From: Bacteriovoracia bacterium | GTDB lineage: Bacteria > Bdellovibrionota > UBA1018 > JBFWNL01 | Direction: 5' to 3' | Assembly: GCA_050251055.1 (NCBI GenBank) | Contig: JBFWNL010000001.1 | Coordinates: forward strand, 75,825 to 139,824 | Length of the DNA: 64,000 nt | Part shown: in pieces, positions 57,704 through 64,000 of the stretch | Position numbering within the stretch: position 1 is the stretch's first letter | Layout: every line of letters starts with the position of its first letter | Position numbers and translations under genes: made by a program | The notes under the pieces: model-generated | What the model was told of the DNA's origin: nothing | Seen by the model: the letters and a program-made list of their open reading frames with translations, nothing else | The model's database searches: none

Positions 57704-57719
57704 CGTTCAAGTCCTTCTG

Positions 57720-60605
57720 CTACTTACGGTCAAACACGCCTTGGCTTTGCTTGCGCTGGTAGGTTTGGCTCACGCGGTTGAAAATGTTCACGTTCGAGCT
57801 CAGCAGCGAATCGGAACCCGCCGAAGCCGGTCCGCGCGATCCGTACTGCAGGATGTTCTTACCTTGCGCTTTTTCGCCGTCGGCGCCGCCGCCGAACATG
57901 CTTTTAAAAGCGCCCGCGAGGTCGAACCCGCCGCCACCGCCACCGCCGCGGCGGTTGCCCGCGCTGCCGCCGTAGTCATACGCCAGGCCGCCGCTGTTAC
58001 CCAAAAGGTTAGGTGCGCCGTCGCCTTCGCCGCCCGCGGAAGCCGCGCCACCGCCGGCGCCGCCGACGCTCAAGCCAGGCGAACCACCCACGCTACCGCC
58101 CGCATTCGGCCCGCCGCGCTGGAATTCTCCTGCCTTCGGACCTTGTGCCAGATCATCCTTCACCTTGTCCGTCGGCAGATCCGCGGGGAGCCCGCTGCCG
58201 TCGCCTCCGCCTTCTTCAGGCAGGGCCGCCGCAGCCGCGCTCGTTTGCGACGGGAGCGGCACGCTACCGCCCGGAGTGTCGCCCTGGGCACCGGCCGAAG
58301 GATCGAATTGAAACACCGGCGGGGGAGTTTGATTGGCCACCGCGGCATCTAGTTTATCGGCCGCCTTGTTCATCTCGTCGGCCGCCATTTTGGAGAACAT
58401 TCCTTGGATCATGTTCGCCACGCCTTTGATGCCAGACATGAACGACCCTTGATCCGCTTCGGACTTAGCGCGGCGATGTTCGTCCACCGCCATACCGGAG
58501 TAATCCGCCACGTCCCCGGCCATGCCTTGGTGTTTGACGTTAAACTGCTTGTCCCGTTTTGCGGTTTGCTGCCGGATGACCGCTTGGCAGAGGGCCATGG
58601 TTTGCGGATTCGCACCGCCTTTTTCAGCCAGGCACTCATTCATCTCCTGCACGTCTTGCCGTAGGATGTAGCGATCCTCGTTCAGCTTATACTTCTCCAC
58701 GATCTCATGGGCGACCTTACCGCCTTGGCTTTCGCGATCGGTGACCTGCACGCGGCCTGCGGTGTACTCCTCGCCTGCGCCGCGTTTGCCAGCCCCGCCG
58801 TTTTTGTCGAGCAGCGTTTCGGCGTTTTCCTGCGCTTCGGTAAAAGCCGCGATTTGTTCTTCGTGGTGCTTGGCGCGATTCATCTGCCACACCGTCATAC
58901 CTGCGTTGAGTGCGCCCTGCATCCCTTGCGCCATCGCGGCCGCATTGGCGGTTTTCGCCATTCCACGCATGGGCGAGCTAATGCCGCCGTCGGTTTGCGC
59001 TTGCATCTGCGCCGATTGACCTTGGAGACCAACGTAGCCTTGGCCAACCATTTGACCGGCCATATCGGAAACCTGCGACACTTGCACGGCGGTGCTCGTA
59101 TCCGAACAGCCGCCTCGACCCTTGAGGGCGGAGGAGTATTCGCAGCCTTCTTCGGTACCGCCGGCGCGCTTCAGGCGGGATTTGAAGTAGTCGAGCCCAC
59201 CTTCGCGGACTCCCTCGCGTAGCACGTCTTTCTTCGTGACCTGGGTGCCACCGATGGTTTCAAGTCCGTTCTTTCGCAGTTCTTTGTCGTATTCGGCGTC
59301 AAGCGTCGCCTGATCGGCCGCGCTTACGCTGCCTTCGCCTTTCAGGCGGGCCATGTCGGCCGTGCGCGCTTCGTTCTCGGCCCCGATCGTCCCGCTGTCG
59401 CGTTCGGCTTGCTTTTGTAATTCCTGACGACGCGTGAGATACGCCTCTTTCTCCTGCTCAAGCCGCGTGAGTTCCGCGGCGTCGGCTTGCGTGCCTTGTC
59501 CGTTTTGAGTCATGCGATCATTGACGGATTGGATTCTCTGGTCAAGGCCTTGGACCTTTTGGTCGATATTACCCATCTCGTTTTGCACGCGGGCGCGGTC
59601 GTTGTAGGCGGCTAGTCGCTCATCCCAGCCGCGACGTTCGGTCGTTCCCGGACGGCCGTAATTGGAATCGAGTACGACACCGTTGCTCTCGCGTGCACCG
59701 TTGATGGCGGCTTGACGATCCGCCCACGTGGATTGACGGGCGGTATCGGCCGCGGCGGCCTCGTTTGCTTTTGCCTGATCGGCTGCGGTTTGCGTTTGCG
59801 CTTGGGCGGCTTCGCCGGTGGGGCCCGAGCGAGCCCAACTTTGATCGCCGACGTTTTTATCCCCGTACTTGTTTCGGATGGCTTCGGCTTGTACGGCAGG
59901 GTCGGATATATCGCGGATTCGAGCCTGAGTTGACGAATCGAGTTCGTTGAATTGCCGAGCAAGGTCGGGATTGCTCGATACCGAGCTGTCCAGGCGGCGG
60001 CCATTCGGGTTCGCGGTGGCAGCGGCATTCGCAGAAGTCGGATTCACTGTCGGCGGACATTGCATAGGCGGATGGCAAGGCGTCGTGGCGGCATCCGCCG
60101 GAGGACCCGTGAACTGATAGGCCGTGGGCGAAACCTGGGCAGCCGGAGCGCCGGCTTGCGTGCCCGCGGGAGCTCCCGCGGGTTGGCCAGCTTGGCCTCC
60201 CGGAGCAGCGGTTTGCGCCGGCGCGCCGTTCGGACGGTACGGCTGCACGGGCGTGCGTGGCTGACTGAAGCGAGTGACGACGTCCTCGCTGCCGATATTG
60301 GTAACGCCGTTGAAGGGCGCGGGATTGCTTGTGCCGGGCGCGTGCGCGGTCACGAGGAACTGCGAATTGTTTTGATCGGCGCCGATGGGATAGTAAACCC
60401 CGCGGCTAGGGCCGCCGCCGGTGGCGCGCGAATCGTACGCGTAGAGTTGCCCCGTGCGCGAGTCGCGATAGACATCGACCATGTAACCGGTGCCGCCCGG
60501 TTTCTCGAACCTCATCTGCTTGTTGGCAAAGGTGAGACGGTTGCCGGCGAGCGCGGTGGACGCGAGCGCGAGCGAAGCGACGGCTACGGTGGTAAGAATT
60601 CTCAT
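57720..60605 (-). CDS. Large hypothetical secreted protein with coiled coil and Gly-rich C-terminus
   Basis: Signal peptide MRILTTVAVASLALASTALA; coiled coil; C-terminal NIFNRVSQTY. Confidence 0.75.
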   Translation of the reverse strand: MRILTTVAVASLALASTALAGNRLTFANKQMRFEKPGGTGYMVDVYRDSRTGQLYAYDSRATGGGPSRGVYYPIGADQNNSQFLVTAHAPGTSNPAPFNGVTNIGSEDVVTRFSQPRTPVQPYRPNGAPAQTAAPGGQAGQPAGAPAGTQAGAPAAQVSPTAYQFTGPPADAATTPCHPPMQCPPTVNPTSANAAATANPNGRRLDSSVSSNPDLARQFNELDSSTQARIRDISDPAVQAEAIRNKYGDKNVGDQSWARSGPTGEAAQAQTQTAADQAKANEAAAADTARQSTWADRQAAINGARESNGVVLDSNYGRPGTTERRGWDERLAAYNDRARVQNEMGNIDQKVQGLDQRIQSVNDRMTQNGQGTQADAAELTRLEQEKEAYLTRRQELQKQAERDSGTIGAENEARTADMARLKGEGSVSAADQATLDAEYDKELRKNGLETIGGTQVTKKDVLREGVREGGLDYFKSRLKRAGGTEEGCEYSSALKGRGGCSDTSTAVQVSQVSDMAGQMVGQGYVGLQGQSAQMQAQTDGGISSPMRGMAKTANAAAMAQGMQGALNAGMTVWQMNRAKHHEEQIAAFTEAQENAETLLDKNGGAGKRGAGEEYTAGRVQVTDRESQGGKVAHEIVEKYKLNEDRYILRQDVQEMNECLAEKGGANPQTMALCQAVIRQQTAKRDKQFNVKHQGMAGDVADYSGMAVDEHRRAKSEADQGSFMSGIKGVANMIQGMFSKMAADEMNKAADKLDAAVANQTPPPVFQFDPSAGAQGDTPGGSVPLPSQTSAAAAALPEEGGGDGSGLPADLPTDKVKDDLAQGPKAGEFQRGGPNAGGSVGGSPGLSVGGAGGGAASAGGEGDGAPNLLGNSGGLAYDYGGSAGNRRGGGGGGGFDLAGAFKSMFGGGADGEKAQGKNILQYGSRGPASAGSDSLLSSNVNIFNRVSQTYQRKQSQGVFDRK

Positions 60606-60796
60606 CGAATCATTTCCCCTACATGCGACCATCCCCATGGCCGCGAAATCACGTTAGACAACTATGTGGAATGCGATCTTAATAATTTTGGCACAGAGCG
60701 TTAGTTGAGTCAATTGATCGGGGGTTAAGCGGTAAGAATCCCTATCGACCTAGGTCAGGGGCGACACAGGGAAGCGTGAAGCCGGCGGTAGAGTCC

Positions 60797-61738
60797 TTAA
60801 TACACGCGCTGAGGCGGCCGGAAATCGACCTGCATTTTCTGATCGACGTGCACGCTAAACGTCCAGCCGGTGTGAATGAGGCCATCATCATTTAAGAGGC
60901 CGGCGGGGGGATTGGGGAAGCGCCCAATCTTGCGCCAAGAGAACTCCACGGCGTCGTCGAACTGCGCGACGGGCGAGCGCTTTAGGTAGCGAATGCCGCG
61001 CAAGTTTCCCGCTTTGTTGAAGATTACGTCCACTTGCGTGACGTACACGCCCGGGTAAATGGTTTGGTCAGGCCGGACATTGTTGATGCGGCTTTGCCAG
61101 ATGGGCCCGATCGCTTCGTAAAGGCGCGAGTAGTACGAGTAGTACACGGACTGCTCGGTGTTGAGGGCGTTGCGCTCGCCCTCTGGAATCGTCGAGTCGT
61201 TTAACGCCTGGTCGCCTCCATTGGGGCGGGATTCGGCGGCGGGGTTTTTATTTTCCGAATTTTCCGCCTGTTTTGCGGCATTTTTCACGCGAAACGGCAC
61301 GCCGAGCTGGCTTAGGTTGGGCAGCGGTCGGATGCCCGTGTCGCCGCGCGGGCGCGCGGGCGCAGCGGTGTTCGGCGAAAAAGTGCCGGGGCGATTTTGC
61401 GGGATAACCTGTGTTTCCTTCGCGCGCGTTTCCTTGTCCACGCGTACGTTGCGCTCTGAAAAATAACGGGCACTGGGATCGGCTTTATCCGCGGCGGGTC
61501 GATCCTTTTGATCGAGCAACATGCGCTTTTGGATCTGTGCGCGGATTTCCTCGAGCTTCTGCGGATCGACCATGCTTACTTTCACGGGCGCGCCCGCGCG
61601 GTGCCCCAGGGGCAGGATCTGCGACCAGGGGAGAACCAGGAAAAGTACGTGCAGGAGGAGCGTCAATATTCCGACGATCCAACGACGATCAATAGTGAGC
61701 TGGCCGTTATCCGGCGCGGTATGGGCGTAGTCCGTCAT
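60797..61738 (-). CDS. TonB/TolA-like energy transducer (TonB C-terminal domain)
   Basis: Single N-terminal TM with His (LLLHVL); Pro-rich linker; YYSYYSRLYEAI...FDDAV...FPNPP. Confidence 0.75.
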   Translation of the reverse strand: MTDYAHTAPDNGQLTIDRRWIVGILTLLLHVLFLVLPWSQILPLGHRAGAPVKVSMVDPQKLEEIRAQIQKRMLLDQKDRPAADKADPSARYFSERNVRVDKETRAKETQVIPQNRPGTFSPNTAAPARPRGDTGIRPLPNLSQLGVPFRVKNAAKQAENSENKNPAAESRPNGGDQALNDSTIPEGERNALNTEQSVYYSYYSRLYEAIGPIWQSRINNVRPDQTIYPGVYVTQVDVIFNKAGNLRGIRYLKRSPVAQFDDAVEFSWRKIGRFPNPPAGLLNDDGLIHTGWTFSVHVDQKMQVDFRPPQRVY

Positions 61739-61858
61739 AGTTTCAGCGCGACCCTGCCGTTATAGCGCTTTTTCACCGTAGATTCTTCTCAAAATTCCAG
61801 CCCAAGTATCCGATTTTATTTAGAAGAGGGAGAACTTGGGCCCGCTGCGGGCCAGGCC

Positions 61859-64000
61859 ATGAGTGACGACCCGAAAGACACTAAAATTCCGGTTTGCGTG
61901 ATCGCCCCGTATGGGCCTTCGTTCGCTCCGGTGCTTGAGCGATTCCGCAAGGATCCTTCGCTCCAGGTGTACGAGTTTGATAACTCGATGCAGGCGGTAC
62001 CCGTTTTGCGCCAAGCGGGCGCGGGGATGATCTTGTGCTACGCGCCCGATCAAAAGCAGATCATGAACGCGATCACGCTCTTGCGCATGCTCAAGCAGAT
62101 GATCCAGGAAGGCGCGGCCAAGGTCGTGCTGACGACGACGTTCAAGGAAAACATCATTCATCAGCGGCTTTCGAAATCCGGCTGCTCGGAAGTGTTGCTC
62201 GAACCGGTACCGGTCAAGGGATTTGAGTTTAAGCTCCGGCGTCACCTAGGCAATCTGCAGAAGATTTTCGACGCGCGCACGCGGGCAGGCGTGCAACAAC
62301 GGCGCGTGATCTCCGCGAAGAAAGACGGGGACACGGGTGCCGCGCGGGAGTCCGCCAAGGGCAAGGTGAAGCTCGGGGATCCGATCCGGATTCAAAGTGA
62401 TTGCTGGGTGATGAAGGGCGGGAGTTGCCGCAAAGTGATGGGCAAGTGGATGGTCAAGCTGCGCGGTCCCAGCCCGCACGTGGGGCGCTGGGTGGAGCTG
62501 CCTTCGACCTCGGGTGACAGCCAGCACTGGCAGTGGACGCCGAACAATCCCGATCAAGACGAGTTCGTGCTCGACAAGGGGGCGTGGGTTTTCAAAGGGC
62601 ATCGCCCCGACTTCCAGGGCGAGGCCTGGTCGTTCGTCGGGAAAAGTCCCGAGCTGGTTTTCGTCTTCGACAACAAGCCGATCGCGACAAAGGTAAAAGT
62701 CGACGAGGAAAATGCGCTCGTGCTGGCGAAAGATTCCCCGGCGGCGCTCCAGATGCTCGGAAAAATCATGGCGAGCTTGGAACGCGTCGTGCGCCTGAAA
62801 GGCGAAGGTCCGCGGGAGGAAGCGGAGGCGGCCAAAGAGATTAAGGATCTGCGGACACCCGAAAAAGAGGCCAACGAGCTGAACTTCGTGGCCGAAGCTG
62901 GCCCCGAAGGCGGCACCGAGGACTTTAAGATCGAAACCGACGACGAGTCGGCGCCCGAATGGAACAACCAGATCAAAGAAGAGGACGCCACCGAAGGCCC
63001 AGCCGATCATCGCGATCAATCGAACGCGGATTCTGCCATGCTCGAACACCGGGGCAAAGACGAGCCTCGCGAAGGCACGGCGCTCGATTTCCGGGGCGAG
63101 AAGTCGGCGGACGGCGATGAGGACGGCGACTGGGAGATGCAGCTCGAAAAAGCAAAGCCCGGGCCGGAGTACGGCGGCCCGGTAGACGAGGCCGAGAATC
63201 CCAGCCGATGGAGCAAGCACCGGGTCGATACCCCCAGCGAGAATCCGGTGGATCGGGCGGCAGAAGAAGTGGAAGGCGTGCTGCGGGAGACGGTTGAGAT
63301 CGATTTGCGCAGGCCGCCCGCGTCCGACGAGGAGAACGTCATCTCTTCGCCCGATATGAAGGCAAAACGTCCTCTTAAGCCGGGAGAAGACGAGCCGGGG
63401 TCGGAAGACTTGAATGCCGGTGCGGGCCGGGTTTCGCCAGCCGATGTCGCCGCCAATGGACGCGCATCGCGCGAAGCCGCGAGCGAGCTGGGCGTCGGAG
63501 AAAAGAATACCGAAGACACGTTGGCGGCCACCGCTCCCGAAACGAGGGCCGATGCTTCCGCCGCCACGGCGGACGAAAACGGACCGCCGGTGGTGAATCT
63601 CACCGCCGACGAAGGCCAGGTGATCCTTCCGCCGCCGCCCGCCGATTCGGCGGTGGAGTCCAATCCGCAGCTTCCGGAAGTCTACGCGCTCACGAAGAAG
63701 ATAAAGGAGCGTTTGGAGGAAAAGAAAGAATCCTTGCCGGAAGGGGTGCTACCGATGGAGCTGACCCTGCCCAATACCCGGCCGCAAACCCGCCCCGTCG
63801 TGCGCGATACATCGCCCGCAGGATTGGCCGCGGAAGCGCGCCGTACGGCCGCCGAGATTCCCAAGGAGCTGGCCGCGCCCCAGCCTCCGGGCCCGAGCCT
63901 TAGTCCGCTTGCCATCGCGTTTCTAATGTCCGAGCTGGCCAGTAAACCCGACATGAACCTGGATAAGATCGGCGTGCGTTTCTGTGCATACCTCGGCGCT
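61859..64000 (+). CDS. Large protein, 3'-truncated by the window: receiver-like N-terminus, Trp-rich domain, acidic disordered linker
   Basis: Frame read from ATG 61859 (MSDDPKDTKIPVCVIAPY...GCSEVLLEPV...) is in phase with the window end (...FCAYLGA), with no stop noticed. It is absent from the ORF track because it has no stop codon. Confidence 0.8.
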   Translation, partial: MSDDPKDTKIPVCVIAPYGPSFAPVLERFRKDPSLQVYEFDNSMQAVPVLRQAGAGMILCYAPDQKQIMNAITLLRMLKQMIQEGAAKVVLTTTFKENIIHQRLSKSGCSEVLLEPVPVKGFEFKLRRHLGNLQKIFDARTRAGVQQRRVISAKKDGDTGAARESAKGKVKLGDPIRIQSDCWVMKGGSCRKVMGKWMVKLRGPSPHVGRWVELPSTSGDSQHWQWTPNNPDQDEFVLDKGAWVFKGHRPDFQGEAWSFVGKSPELVFVFDNKPIATKVKVDEENALVLAKDSPAALQMLGKIMASLERVVRLKGEGPREEAEAAKEIKDLRTPEKEANELNFVAEAGPEGGTEDFKIETDDESAPEWNNQIKEEDATEGPADHRDQSNADSAMLEHRGKDEPREGTALDFRGEKSADGDEDGDWEMQLEKAKPGPEYGGPVDEAENPSRWSKHRVDTPSENPVDRAAEEVEGVLRETVEIDLRRPPASDEENVISSPDMKAKRPLKPGEDEPGSEDLNAGAGRVSPADVAANGRASREAASELGVGEKNTEDTLAATAPETRADASAATADENGPPVVNLTADEGQVILPPPPADSAVESNPQLPEVYALTKKIKERLEEKKESLPEGVLPMELTLPNTRPQTRPVVRDTSPAGLAAEARRTAAEIPKELAAPQPPGPSLSPLAIAFLMSELASKPDMNLDKIGVRFCAYLGA

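Noticed and set aside
60688-60705. Possible sigma54 promoter (TGGCAC)
   Set aside because: There is no TTGC at the required spacing, and it points away from the adjacent gene start.

Overview
A gene-dense chromosomal segment, roughly 60% GC by eye. Gene content points to a Bdellovibrionota/Oligoflexia-type predatory bacterium (inference): a Bd0055-like histone, topoisomerase VI, many secreted hydrolases and pilin-like proteins. Housekeeping genes include acnA, uppP, an RluA-family synthase, an FKBP, flbD-motAB, a PrkA-family ATPase, an M20 peptidase and tRNA-Ala(GGC). The most notable locus is at the centre: an archaeal-type top6B-top6A operon one gene away from a bacterial histone. Top6B ends in a Lys/Ala-rich tail and a beta-clamp-binding-like motif (QMELF). 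Other candidates are a 76-bp-arm inverted repeat that captures the 3' end of the tRNA, a FecR/lipoprotein/TPR-barrel/FecR module, a divergent pair of pilin-fibre adhesins, and a GWD-order dikinase-MFS-deoxyhypusine-synthase-like operon. Also seen are an aminoacyl-lipid-synthase/rhomboid fusion, a translocator-like secreted pair, a repeat-flanked four-helix-bundle gene, two apparent pseudo-enzymes and a long 3'-truncated ORF missing from the ORF track. No CRISPR array, rRNA, integrase or transposase was seen. All family calls come from reading motifs by eye; no database searches were run.
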